From positions 640,001-704,000 of the forward strand of contig OZ244744.1 in assembly GCA_965219455.1 (NCBI GenBank): DNA of 64,000 nucleotides. The letters run 5' to 3'. This document shows positions 1 through 9,782 of this stretch, in pieces. This DNA comes from Candidatus Latescibacterota bacterium (GTDB lineage: Bacteria; Latescibacterota; UBA2968; GCA-2709665). Both the position numbers and the translations under genes were made by a program. Within the stretch, counting starts at the first letter, position 1, and every line of letters starts with the position of its first letter. Below the pieces are notes generated by a model. That model was not told where the DNA came from. It saw only the letters and a program-made list of their open reading frames with translations, and did not search any database.

Positions 1-482
1 TCGACGGTGCTCGTAACGATCTGCCGCATCCAGGGCGGATCGAAACTGCGCTGTGTGAGGAGGGCGACCACCTGTTCTCTCTGGCCGGATGCGTCCAGAG
101 CATTCGACAGTTCATCCTGGGAGAGCGCGTGTCCGATCCGTTCCGCGGTATCGTGGCGCGGAAACAGCTTGCGTTCGTCTTCAAAGGTATGGCCAAAGGG
201 AAAATGAGACACGTCGTGTACGAGGGCGGCCAGAACCACAGCGGTTTCCTGTTCGGGGCTCACGCTGGTTCCGGAGTCTCTGAGAACACCTACAATGTGC
301 CTCGCCATTGCGGCGGTACCCAGGGAGTGTTCGAACCGTGTATGCGTGCAGCCCGGGTACACGAGATAGGCCGTGCCGGTCTGCCGGATGCCTCGCAGGC
401 GCTGGAATTGCCGGGTGTCCATCACACGGCGCTCCACTTCGTCGAAGCGAAGGTCGCCGTGTACCGGATCTCGAATGATCAT
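1..482 (-). CDS. HD-domain phosphohydrolase (SAMHD1-like/dNTP triphosphohydrolase family), runs off the window edge
   Basis: Not in the ORF track. Hand translation from ATG at 482 gives MIIRDPVHGDL...FQRLRGIRQTGTAYLVYPGCTHTRFEHSLG...AALVHDVSHFPFGHTFE, which are classic HD-family motifs. Confidence 0.9.
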   Translation of the reverse strand, partial: MIIRDPVHGDLRFDEVERRVMDTRQFQRLRGIRQTGTAYLVYPGCTHTRFEHSLGTAAMARHIVGVLRDSGTSVSPEQETAVVLAALVHDVSHFPFGHTFEDERKLFPRHDTAERIGHALSQDELSNALDASGQREQVVALLTQRSFDPPWMRQIVTSTV

Positions 483-737
483 GTACCGAACTCTCAATTA
501 CGGAACGGGACCGTAGCCGCCCTCCTCCCCTACCCTGCCCCCGCGGCAATGCGCTTACCTGCCAGCCGTTCAAAGTTAACAAATCGGCCGGCACGTAGCA
601 ATGGAAACGCATCATGCCAAACGGGCTGCCTGAAGTGGAATCGGGCAGCCCGCCAGATATCAAAAACACTTATTGACACCGGACGACCCGTGCGGCGAAC
701 CGACCGATTCGCCGCGCCGGTCGTCCGATGACTTGGC

Positions 738-1292
738 TCAGAAGTAGAATTTAAGCCCGGCAAAGAGGCGATCGATATCGGTTGTGTTGCCGTCCGTAAA
801 GATGAAGTCCCGCTTGTAGTTCAGCCCAACGCGAATCCGATCGTTGAGAATGATGTCGATGCCCGCGCCGGGGGCCACGCCGAAGTTGCTTTCGCCCTCG
901 GCAGGCTTGTAGAGTCCTGCATGCGCGGAGAAATAATAGACAAAGGGATCGGCGTTGTAATCGAAGCGGGAGCCCAGGCTGTAAATGGACAGTTTTTTAT
1001 CCGAAAGATAGGTGTAACCACCCTCTATTGCAAGCCAGCCGTCCCGCTCGTAACCCAGGTTCAGGCTGTATAGCAGGCCGGTGCGGCTGTCGTCCACGTT
1101 TCTGTCGAAGATCCCGGAGCCGAACGCCGGGCTGATGTAAAATCGGCCTTTGGGGCCGCCGAACGGATAGCCGCCGCGGCCCACTTCACTGCCTTCGGGT
1201 CCATCGGTTCGGCCGGGCTCCCCTGCGTCCAACGGCATACAGAGCATTGCCGCGCAGATGGTGAAGATCAGGGTGAGGCTTGCGGTTTTCAT
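738..1292 (-). CDS. Outer membrane beta-barrel protein
   Basis: Signal peptide, alternating beta-strand pattern, C-terminal GLKFYF with terminal Phe. Confidence 0.8.
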   Translation of the reverse strand: MKTASLTLIFTICAAMLCMPLDAGEPGRTDGPEGSEVGRGGYPFGGPKGRFYISPAFGSGIFDRNVDDSRTGLLYSLNLGYERDGWLAIEGGYTYLSDKKLSIYSLGSRFDYNADPFVYYFSAHAGLYKPAEGESNFGVAPGAGIDIILNDRIRVGLNYKRDFIFTDGNTTDIDRLFAGLKFYF

Positions 1293-1343
1293 GGCGAGTT
1301 TCCTTTCTGATTAGAGTGGGGTTACCGGCCGTCTGGCTGTCGA

Positions 1344-1940
1344 TCAGAATCCGATGTGGCGTTTCTTGTAGGCCTTCCGGATCTCCTTCTCGTCGGTCCA
1401 AGCGATTTCGGAGGTCAGCAGATTGGTCAGTTGGAACGTGGCCTTATAATAGATCAGTTTGTCCTTGCCCACCTGCTGGACGTTGGCCGTAAGGGTTCCG
1501 GTCAGCAGATACTCCGCGCCGGTCTGGTTGCCAGGACCGCTGGCCTGGTCCGGATCCACGTAGCCGGACTGTTGATACTCGTACTCCTCGGCGATGTCCC
1601 GGCGGTTTACCACGTCGGCGAACCGAAATCTGCCGTTCTGGATGAGCTGTGTGCGGACCTTGTTGGATAGCATGGTCATATCTATATGTTCTGACGTACG
1701 GTTGCGCATTTTTCCAATCATGACAACCGGCGTGCCGTTTCTCCCGCTAATGTTGCTCCCGGCCATGGACTGGATCATTTTCTTCGCGATGAGTTGCATG
1801 TCGTTTTCGCTGAATCGGTCATCCAACAGCGCAACGGCGTTCGGATCCTCGTAGCTGCCCTTTGTGAATGCTCTGGGTCCCGCGCAGCTGACGGCGAACG
1901 CGAGAACGACGGCGAGGGTGATGCAGATCCCTGGTTTCAT
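1344..1940 (-). CDS. lpoB: Penicillin-binding protein activator LpoB-family lipoprotein
   Basis: Lipobox AVSC, motif NRTSEHID, neighbour of a COG3014 gene. Confidence 0.8.
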   Translation of the reverse strand: MKPGICITLAVVLAFAVSCAGPRAFTKGSYEDPNAVALLDDRFSENDMQLIAKKMIQSMAGSNISGRNGTPVVMIGKMRNRTSEHIDMTMLSNKVRTQLIQNGRFRFADVVNRRDIAEEYEYQQSGYVDPDQASGPGNQTGAEYLLTGTLTANVQQVGKDKLIYYKATFQLTNLLTSEIAWTDEKEIRKAYKKRHIGF

Positions 1941-2024
1941 GGCGGTTCTCCTTCTGGTGTGATGGATGGTGCGGTTCGGTGGCTATGCCGTTCCACGTGT
2001 TACTCGCGACCAGCGGTTGCGAGT

Positions 2025-2825
2025 TCAATTCCATTCGCATTGGAAGTGGGCGCCCGCCATGTGCCACTTGTACGGCAACAGGACGTCCTGGCGATAGCGC
2101 ACCTGGAGCCGGCAGTCCTGCAAGGGCGAACTCGCGGGATAGTCGAAGGAAAATTCCCGGATTCCGGCGCGGTCGGCGTCGGGAATATCGGACGAATGGA
2201 AGATATCCGGCCTGGTCGAGGTGAAGACCTGCATCGTTTTGGACCCGTACGTCTTCAGAGGCACCCGGTCCGCGAACGTGATGCGCCGAACCTGCTTGGG
2301 CAGGAGGGGATCGCTGAGATCCACCCGCTCGTCGCGGCGCCAGTTCCCCGCCAGTACGGCGCCCAGGTCCGCGGTGAAGATGCGTTCGGTGGGGCCGTCC
2401 GGTATAATGACGTAGAGATACCGCTTGCGGGCTTCCCGCGACCGGCCGGCGAATTCGAGCTGAATGGCAAGGCTCAGCGCGCGGTTGGGAGGCAGCGCAT
2501 GGAGCGAGATCGCCTGAATGACCTTCTTCGAAACGCCTGCCTTTTTGAGTTCGATCAGCGCGTTGGCCGAAGCGTTACCCGCAAACCGGCGCTCGCGAAC
2601 CATCCGGCTGATCGCTTCGTCACCAAAGTCGTTCCTGCTGAGATTGATGACGTCTTCCAGGGTGAGGGGAAGCTGGTCGGAGCGTTCGTAGATGGGCGGC
2701 AGGTTCCTGCCGTCCCACGTCACGATGTTGATAACGGCGCCCCGGGTGGGGACGTCGGCCGCCCACCCCCCCTGGCTCCACCCCGCGAGGGCCAGGGTCA
2801 AACAGATCCAGAACTGTCGCTTCAT
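2025..2825 (-). CDS. Hypothetical secreted protein
   Basis: AGGAGG RBS, N-terminal signal peptide, in operon orientation. Confidence 0.7.
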   Translation of the reverse strand: MKRQFWICLTLALAGWSQGGWAADVPTRGAVINIVTWDGRNLPPIYERSDQLPLTLEDVINLSRNDFGDEAISRMVRERRFAGNASANALIELKKAGVSKKVIQAISLHALPPNRALSLAIQLEFAGRSREARKRYLYVIIPDGPTERIFTADLGAVLAGNWRRDERVDLSDPLLPKQVRRITFADRVPLKTYGSKTMQVFTSTRPDIFHSSDIPDADRAGIREFSFDYPASSPLQDCRLQVRYRQDVLLPYKWHMAGAHFQCEWN

Positions 2826-2851
2826 GGTGTTCCTCCTTTCGGTTGTTGTGT

Positions 2852-4216
2852 CTATTTATACGTTCGGTAGTTCACGAAGGTCCGGGTTCCCGGCCGGATG
2901 TGTATATCCGAAATGGTTCCGGCTTCGATGACGCGCCCCCGGCTGTCGAGGGATTCCAGCGTAAGGGTGTGAGTACCGGCGGGTAGCGTGAGCCTGCCGA
3001 TCTGCACGTTGTGCGGCAGCGAGACCCAGCTTCGGGTATCGGCCGCCTCGGTTGCGGCGGAGAGCAAATTGACGAAGAAGCCGAGGACTTTGTTTTTCTC
3101 TTCTGCCTTGACTGAAGCGGCGTATTTGACCAGACCTCGCGCGACCGTACGCGCGAGCATCACGGGTTGTTTGTCCTGATACGTCTGCCACGCGATGGCC
3201 GAAAGGTCGTCCGCCAGGGTGGTCGTGGTCTGACGTCCGGCGGCGATGACCCTGATGGTCTGTGTACGTGGCGCGACGTCCTCGTACGCCGGCAGGGCCA
3301 CGCGCAGCCAGTATTTGACTTTTGATTTGCCCGCATAGTGGGGTTTGAAGTGGCGGTGCGCGATTTTTCGAGAGATACCTTCGAGCCGGCCCTTTTTTCT
3401 TGTTTTAACGTCGTCTGCGTAAATCGGCAGGTTGATGTCCTCCTGGACTTTGTGGGGCACGAAACCGATTTCCGAGAAGAGGATCAGTTCGCCGCCGGCG
3501 GGTGAGCGCCAGTCTGCGGAGGCGGCCCCTTCGCCGGGGTCCTCGGTATAGCCCAAAGCTTGCTCGACGCGCCTTAGGTCTTTCCGGAGGGCCGCGGGCG
3601 CCTTCAGGCCAAAGGCCTTTTTATACGTCTCATAGGCATCCAGTGCGTTCCGATAGGACACGTACGCATCGTTGAGTTCGCCGGTGGCTTCGTAAATGAG
3701 ACCGGTCATGTAGTGAATGAATGCATCGTTCCGGTACGTGGCGTCGTAGTCGGCCCGGGCGGCGTAGCGCTCCAGTTTCAGGTTGGCCTTGCGGCACTCC
3801 ACCAGAGCCTCTTCCGGCTCGCCGAGATACCAGTAGTTGAGTGCTCTGTAATAGTTGACGAATGCGAGTTCGAATTCCTCGCCGCGATAGGCGCGTACCA
3901 AGTCGTTGGTGACCAGCGAGGCCGCCTCTCGGGACAACGAACGCGTGAAGAGCCGAGCCGAGTGCCGTTCGGCGTTTTCAAAATAGCGGTTGGATGCGCG
4001 GTATTCGCCCCTGTAGTGCGCGATAAGGCCGTTCTCCATAAGATAGAGCAGGCGCGCGGGGCCGTTCCGGGCCCTCCCCAGGCTTTGCAGCGCGGTTTCG
4101 TAGTGTCCACCGGCCAGGCTGCTCCTGAAGGTGGCGGCATTGTGGGTGTACGTTGCGCAACCGGTGAGGAAAACGCAGAGAAGCAGGCCGGATCGCAATT
4201 TGAGCAGGTTATTCAT
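2852..4216 (-). CDS. COG3014-family lipoprotein (TPR-like)
   Basis: Lipobox LTGC, motifs YRGEEFE, EEALVECRKA and EAADTRSWVSLP; start moved to ATG at 4216. Confidence 0.8.
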   Translation of the reverse strand: MNNLLKLRSGLLLCVFLTGCATYTHNAATFRSSLAGGHYETALQSLGRARNGPARLLYLMENGLIAHYRGEYRASNRYFENAERHSARLFTRSLSREAASLVTNDLVRAYRGEEFELAFVNYYRALNYWYLGEPEEALVECRKANLKLERYAARADYDATYRNDAFIHYMTGLIYEATGELNDAYVSYRNALDAYETYKKAFGLKAPAALRKDLRRVEQALGYTEDPGEGAASADWRSPAGGELILFSEIGFVPHKVQEDINLPIYADDVKTRKKGRLEGISRKIAHRHFKPHYAGKSKVKYWLRVALPAYEDVAPRTQTIRVIAAGRQTTTTLADDLSAIAWQTYQDKQPVMLARTVARGLVKYAASVKAEEKNKVLGFFVNLLSAATEAADTRSWVSLPHNVQIGRLTLPAGTHTLTLESLDSRGRVIEAGTISDIHIRPGTRTFVNYRTYK

Positions 4217-4441
4217 GGAGGCTCCATAAACCCAGCTGGTTAAGAAGCTTCGCAAAAGAACATACTATCGCTTTGTGTGGTCACTGTTGCACCAGAGCAT
4301 ATATGCAATCTGCGTGCCAAATCCACAAGATGTTTATAAACAATTAGATATGTGTTTACGTCGGGGGGCCAACCTGTCGTGTTTCGTCCACACTTGTGAA
4401 TACGGACGACAATTGGGAGCCCCGAAAAACGAGTCACGACG

Positions 4442-4467
4442 AGGGCAACCACAAGGGTTGCCCCTAC
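4442..4467. repeat. GTAG-type REP palindrome
   Basis: AGGGCAACCACAAGGGTTGCCCCTAC, identical copy at 34472-34497 and a degenerate copy at 35347-35369. Confidence 0.75.
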
Positions 4468-4680
4468 AAACGCAACGACTGCACGTAATACGGCGATATC
4501 AGTATCACGGACGTCAGGGGTGTGGGAAATACGATCGCACGAGTGGCGAATCCGTAGGGAAGGATCCGTTCGGACCCGACTGCCGGATTGCCAGGGAGCG
4601 TGGAACGGATTGGAAGGAAAAGAAAAAGACGACCGATCCGGGTCGCCTTTTAACGTGGCAGCGCAGGGATGAAGAGGCGT

Positions 4681-5259
4681 TTATCGGCGCTGGCGATAGA
4701 GAGAAGCGTCTATGGCGGCGGCCATGGCCGATTCATCGAGGCAGTTGTTCAGAAACGCGTTGATACGGGCCGCCTCCCGGGCGTGATCCGCCAGGATCTG
4801 TCGGTATCCGGAATAGAGGGTCCGGATGAAGGGTCGTTCGGACAGCAAGGTTTCCGTCTGTTGAAGATGCTTGCGGAAAACCCGCGTTATTTCCTCGTCG
4901 TCCGACCGCCCGCCTGGCTGCACGCCCCTCCGGAGCAGCATCTGCCGCTGCGAGGCGAGGACTTCCTCCATTGCCCGCCGCATGAAGATGATCCGGTAGG
5001 TGTGTGTATCGGGAAGGTACTTCAACAGTTCGGAGATGATCTTGACGGCCTTGCCCCCGGCCTCCGGAAGCCAGCTCTGATCCGTCTTCAGCGCCTTGAC
5101 CTTCTCGTATTCGAAATAACCTTTGAGATTGTCTTCGTCGGCGGTTCTCAGGCCGTCTGTCAGGACGTTGATCCCGCCCGCTTCGAGCATCTGCATCATC
5201 ATCGAGGTGCCCGAGCGGGGCAGCCCGGAGACGACGACGATCGCGTCGGGATCGATCAT
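4681..5259 (-). CDS. Sulfotransferase family protein
   Basis: PAPS-binding loop VSGLPRSGTSMMM and IIFMRR...VLASQ. Confidence 0.85.
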   Translation of the reverse strand: MIDPDAIVVVSGLPRSGTSMMMQMLEAGGINVLTDGLRTADEDNLKGYFEYEKVKALKTDQSWLPEAGGKAVKIISELLKYLPDTHTYRIIFMRRAMEEVLASQRQMLLRRGVQPGGRSDDEEITRVFRKHLQQTETLLSERPFIRTLYSGYRQILADHAREAARINAFLNNCLDESAMAAAIDASLYRQRR

Positions 5260-5320
5260 GAGATTCGTTCGATCACGCCGGTCGGTGCCGGAATGCAGAG
5301 GTGGGATGGTGACAGAACCC

Positions 5321-5533
5321 TTAAAGATAGCCCAGAGACTTAAGGCGGTCTTCCATCAGCTTCTTTTCTTCCGGGGTATAGGCCGGGCCGGACTCCGTAT
5401 CCGTTTCCTGCGCGCGGAGGGATTCCAGCCGTTCGGATGCCTCGAGGAGCCGATTGTACTCTTCGATGTCCAGCATGACGGCGACGCGGTTACCGGCCTG
5501 GTCCACCACGACACGCGGCTTGTTTCCGCTCAT
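5321..5533 (-). CDS. Small protein with antitoxin-like N-terminus and EDRLKSLGYL tail
   Basis: 70 aa; ATGA overlap with the upstream gene suggests translational coupling. Confidence 0.7.
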   Translation of the reverse strand: MSGNKPRVVVDQAGNRVAVMLDIEEYNRLLEASERLESLRAQETDTESGPAYTPEEKKLMEDRLKSLGYL

Positions 5534-6627
5534 TGCAATTTGCCCCTGCCGAGAATGTCCCAGACGGCTTCCACCCGGTCGTTGCGAATGCCGTAGATCT
5601 GGTTGTGCAGAAAAACCGTCATGTCGCTATAGCCGGAAATAAGTTCGATCTTGTCGCCAATTCTCAATGGACGGTCGGTGTTCTTCAGCTCCAGATAGCC
5701 GTGTTCCGCCGAGAGGCCGACAACGTCGATGCCGTCCCGGCCTTTGACCCAGGGCAGGCCGAACTGGGAGGTGGTGGTTTTGCGACCGGCGTCGATATAG
5801 GCCCGGTCCGGGGCGGGGCGGCTGACCACGGTGGCAAGAATTGAAAGGGCGTGATCCAGTCCTCTGACGCCCAGCGCCGTGGCGTAGAACGTGTCCATCA
5901 TGATGCCGCCGCCGGCCTGGATTTCGGTGAGACCCGGGCAGTCCGGCGTGTAGGCCAGCGTTCCGGTCCCACCTGCGCTGACGATCGGGCATTCGATGCC
6001 CGACGCCTCAATGCGCTCCCTCGATACCGCAAGATGGGCGATGGCCTCGACGCAGGCGGCTTCCTTCTGCGTGTCGGGAAGATCCATCGCCTGGCCCTCG
6101 TAGCCCATCAGGCCCGAGAATACCACGCCGGGCGCAACCTGGGCCCGTTGCGCCAGTTCCAGGGCAGGCTTCCCCGGCCCCACCCCGCAACGCCCCATCC
6201 CTATGTCCAGTTCGACAAGGACCCGCACGCTGACACCCACGGCCTGCGCCGCTTCCGAGATCATATTGACGTGGACGGGGTGATCGACGGCCACCATGAC
6301 GTCCGCATGCCGCTGCAGATGGGTCAGGCGGGCCATTTTTCTTTCGCCCACGACCTGGTTGGCAACCAGGATGTCCTTGATACCCGAAGCGGCCATGACT
6401 TCGGCTTCACCGAGTTTGGCGCAGGTGATACCGATGGCTCCCGCGTCGAGCAGTTTGTGCGCAATGGCCGGGGTTTTGTTTCCCTTGGTATGCGGACGCC
6501 AGCGAACGCCGCAGACTTTGCACCGAGCGGCGATTCGGGCGATGTTGTTCTCCAGAAGGTCCAGGTCGAGCATCAGGGCAGGCGTATCCAGGTCCCACTT
6601 TTCAAACCCGACGGGAGAGTAGCTCAT
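5530..6627 (-). CDS. DSD1/D-threonine aldolase family PLP-dependent enzyme (fold type III)
   Basis: LDTPAL, RPHTK (PLP lysine), GRCGV, SAGGTGT, LSAEHG. Confidence 0.88.
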   Translation of the reverse strand: MSYSPVGFEKWDLDTPALMLDLDLLENNIARIAARCKVCGVRWRPHTKGNKTPAIAHKLLDAGAIGITCAKLGEAEVMAASGIKDILVANQVVGERKMARLTHLQRHADVMVAVDHPVHVNMISEAAQAVGVSVRVLVELDIGMGRCGVGPGKPALELAQRAQVAPGVVFSGLMGYEGQAMDLPDTQKEAACVEAIAHLAVSRERIEASGIECPIVSAGGTGTLAYTPDCPGLTEIQAGGGIMMDTFYATALGVRGLDHALSILATVVSRPAPDRAYIDAGRKTTTSQFGLPWVKGRDGIDVVGLSAEHGYLELKNTDRPLRIGDKIELISGYSDMTVFLHNQIYGIRNDRVEAVWDILGRGKLQ

Positions 6628-6650
6628 TCAGAGTTCCTTTAAGCGCACGT

Positions 6651-7433
6651 TTATCTTTTTTCCGCGATTTCGGCGAGCGTATCGCCGGTTATTCTGACGG
6701 TGTGGGTATCGACCCGCTCGACGTCGCGGCGGGAGGCCTTTGACGCGGCGCTGGATGCGGCCTGATACTCCGTGACAAAGGTATAGGGACCCGGAACGCT
6801 GTACGGGACGAACTCCCCGATGCGGTCCATCGTACGCTTTGCGCATTCTCGGATGAGGTCCCGGGCCTTTGCGGGAGAGAGCGTGAGCGCCGCGGTACGG
6901 CTGAGCCCCTCCTTGACGACGACGCCTTCGATATTCCCCACGTACTCTCTTGCTTCGTCTATCGCTGCCCGGTCTCCGCTGATAAACGCCGTGGGCACGC
7001 CGGCCTCCCCGGCTCGGGCGATGTTGAACCCGATTTCACCGATGAGCTCTCCGTTCAGCCAGCAGTTGGCAATATCGCGGGAACTCCAGCTGTGGCAAAG
7101 CACGCCCCTGGGCGTGTTTTCCATGGCATGGTGTCCATACAGAAACATGGCTTTGAAGTCGATGCCGAGGTCCCAGGCGGAGACCAGCGGACGGCCGAAC
7201 ATCACCCTGGCTTCGTAGTGGATCAATTCGATGTTGATACCGCCGCTGCCGTGTCCGTCCAGGACGATCACCTGGTCCGCCCCGCCCTCCAGGGCGCCGT
7301 CGACAAGCGCGTTAATTTCGAGAGTGGACAGGTTCTTCGCCTGGTCGTTGTAGCGCGTGTTGTCGTAGGTCTGCGTGTGGAAGTCCACAACGCCAGCGGC
7401 GCCTTCGAGGTCGCACAGGACCATAATATCCAT
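6651..7433 (-). CDS. M55 family D-aminopeptidase (DppA-like)
   Basis: DLEG, DGHG, GHHAM, HSWS, GEIG, ISGD; start moved to ATG at 7433. Confidence 0.88.
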   Translation of the reverse strand: MDIMVLCDLEGAAGVVDFHTQTYDNTRYNDQAKNLSTLEINALVDGALEGGADQVIVLDGHGSGGINIELIHYEARVMFGRPLVSAWDLGIDFKAMFLYGHHAMENTPRGVLCHSWSSRDIANCWLNGELIGEIGFNIARAGEAGVPTAFISGDRAAIDEAREYVGNIEGVVVKEGLSRTAALTLSPAKARDLIRECAKRTMDRIGEFVPYSVPGPYTFVTEYQAASSAASKASRRDVERVDTHTVRITGDTLAEIAEKR

Positions 7434-7450
7434 GGGGTTCCTCTCCGGGG

Positions 7451-8599
7451 TCAATCGTCGAAAGCCGACGGTGCGTACAGCCGGCCGCCGGCGATGGTGG
7501 AAACCGGTTGGAGTTTCTGTTCGGCGGAACGGGTCCGATCCCGTGCATCGGTGAAAACGAAGCTGCCCGAATTGAGTTCGAGGATGGCAAGGTCGGCCCT
7601 TGCGCCGGGGCACAAGGTGCCGATTTCGCCAAGCATGCCCATGGCGCGCGCCGGAGCCGCGGTTACTTTCTCGAGGGCCTGATCCAACGAGAGGCCCAAT
7701 ACGAGAAATTTGGAGACGGTGGTGACGAGGTCGTATACGGGCCCGTTCAGATTGTAGACGTGGAGGTCGCTGGAAATGGCGCCTGGGAGAAAGTCCTGGG
7801 ACATCGCCGCCTCGGCAACGTCGAACGCAAAGCTGCCCTGGCCGTGGCCCACGTCGAACAGGATCCCGTTTTGCGCGGCTCTGCGGGCGGCAGGACGGAC
7901 CGCGCCTGAATCGTCCAGAATGCCGGTGTCGCTCTTGTGAAAGCAGTGGGTGACGATATCTCCCGGGCGCAGTTCGTCCATCATGTCTTCGAAAGAGACA
8001 GGGCTGGCATTGGGATGGATCATCAGCGGGAGACCGGTGGCGTCGCAGACCTGGCGTGCCCGTTTCAGGCCTTCTTTACCGTTCTCGCCGACCAGGCTCC
8101 TCGTCATTCGGATCTTGACGCCGACAATGTCGTCTTTGTGTTCTTCACACATCCGTACGGCGCGGCTCACGTCGGCGAACCGGAGATCGGTGAGTTCGCC
8201 GATACCGGGCGACAACAAGCCCTGGGACGAGACGTGCAGGAAGGCCTTGACGCGGGTGGCGCTGGCGTCGATCACGTACTTCTTGAATCCGGGAAACGTG
8301 TCGGCCCCAGAGGAACCGGTGTCATAGACGGTGGTCACGCCCCTGGCCAGGCACGTGGGGTCCGGTTCCACGCCGTAGTGCGACACCCCCCACCAGACGT
8401 GGACGTGCAGATCGATCAGACCGGGCGTCACCAGGTAGCCCGCGGCGTCGATCACGGTCTGCGCCGTCTCCTCGTAGATCTCATCGTCTACTGCGGCAAC
8501 GCGCCCTCCCGCCAAGGCCACGTCCCGGACCGCGTGCAGATCCTGCGCCGGGTCGATCACGGTACCGCCTTTAATGAGCATATCGTACGGTGCGGGCAC
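7451..8599 (-). CDS. Amidohydrolase/deacetylase family metallohydrolase (dihydroorotase-like)
   Basis: PGLIDLHVH, THCF, FDVGHG, ISSDLH; GTG start at 8599 after a GAGG RBS. Confidence 0.85.
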   Translation of the reverse strand: MPAPYDMLIKGGTVIDPAQDLHAVRDVALAGGRVAAVDDEIYEETAQTVIDAAGYLVTPGLIDLHVHVWWGVSHYGVEPDPTCLARGVTTVYDTGSSGADTFPGFKKYVIDASATRVKAFLHVSSQGLLSPGIGELTDLRFADVSRAVRMCEEHKDDIVGVKIRMTRSLVGENGKEGLKRARQVCDATGLPLMIHPNASPVSFEDMMDELRPGDIVTHCFHKSDTGILDDSGAVRPAARRAAQNGILFDVGHGQGSFAFDVAEAAMSQDFLPGAISSDLHVYNLNGPVYDLVTTVSKFLVLGLSLDQALEKVTAAPARAMGMLGEIGTLCPGARADLAILELNSGSFVFTDARDRTRSAEQKLQPVSTIAGGRLYAPSAFDD

Positions 8600-8740
8600 G
8601 CGGGTTCCTCGACGATGGGCATGGGAAGAGGTCCGGGTTCGGACGGTTGGGGCCGGAAAATAACGAAAAAGCGGAACCACGGCAAATGGAAAGGGGCAAC
8701 CCGACGGGCGCCCCTTGGAGGTGCGATACCGTTTCCGAAT

Positions 8741-9751
8741 CTATGCCATGTGCGGGTTGCTGTCCGCCCACTCGGAGACGGGCGGCAGGATGCCCTCGCC
8801 GATGATCTCGTCCCGCAATCCGGCGAGATGCGCGTAGGAGTCTCTCAACGCCTGCAGGTCTTCCGCCTTGCCCTCCGGCATGCTGCTGGTTACGCCGTCG
8901 GGCGAAAGGGTGGCGGGCATGGCCATCATGATGTTTCTGAACTCGCCGTTGTTTACGTAGGCGCCACAGGGCCAGTCGTAGGGTTCGCCGAACAGTCCGC
9001 GCAACATGAAGACGCTCTGCTGTGCGGGAGACTGGAAGGAGGATCGCCCGCGCAACTGGATGATCCGGGCGCCGCCGCCGGTCACGTGGGACTGGATGCC
9101 GCTCCACGCTTCAGAGGTAAGGCCGATGCCGGCTACGGTTTCGCCCGCCAGGATATCCGCGAGTGGAATGCCGTCGACCGCGGTTCCACCCTTGAATACG
9201 GCCATCGACTCGCCATGACCGCCGTAGGTCTTGCAGCCCGTGACGCGGCCTTGCTGAATCCCGAAATGCTGGGCCAACGCCGTCTGAAGCCGGGTGCTGT
9301 CCAGGGCGGCCAGCGTGGAGACCCGGCCGGCGGGAAGTCCCGAGTGCACCAGGGTGGTGAGACCGGTGATATCCGCGGGGTTGAAGATGATGATAACGAA
9401 TTTGCAGTTCGGACAAGCCTGTTTGATGTCGAGACCGAGTTGTTTCGCAATCAGGCCGTTGTCGCGGGTGAGGTCTTCGCGCGTCATCCCTTCTTTTCTG
9501 GGCGCGCCGCCCGAACTGATCACATAGGCGGCGCCGGAAAGGGCTTCGGCGACGTCCGTCGTCCAGGTGACGTTCGCGCCCGGAAATCCACAGTGGTATA
9601 TTTCCTCGGCGGCCCCTTTCAGGCCCGGTTCGAACGGATCGTACATGGACACCCTGCCAGCGGTTCCCGAGGCCAGCAGGGTCTGTGCGAGATTTGAGCC
9701 GATGGCGCCCGCCGCGCCAAGTACCGCTACTTTTTCGTCCGTCAGATACAT
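8741..9751 (-). CDS. mdh: Malate dehydrogenase
   Basis: GAAGAIG, GAPRKEGMTREDL, FNPAD, LDSTRL, GGHGESM. Confidence 0.9.
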   Translation of the reverse strand: MYLTDEKVAVLGAAGAIGSNLAQTLLASGTAGRVSMYDPFEPGLKGAAEEIYHCGFPGANVTWTTDVAEALSGAAYVISSGGAPRKEGMTREDLTRDNGLIAKQLGLDIKQACPNCKFVIIIFNPADITGLTTLVHSGLPAGRVSTLAALDSTRLQTALAQHFGIQQGRVTGCKTYGGHGESMAVFKGGTAVDGIPLADILAGETVAGIGLTSEAWSGIQSHVTGGGARIIQLRGRSSFQSPAQQSVFMLRGLFGEPYDWPCGAYVNNGEFRNIMMAMPATLSPDGVTSSMPEGKAEDLQALRDSYAHLAGLRDEIIGEGILPPVSEWADSNPHMA

Positions 9752-9782
9752 CGGTTGTTGTCTCCCGGCGGCCGGCCCCTGC

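Noticed and set aside
5321-5533. Toxin-antitoxin module
   Set aside because: No adjacent toxin-like ORF; kept only as an unusual small protein
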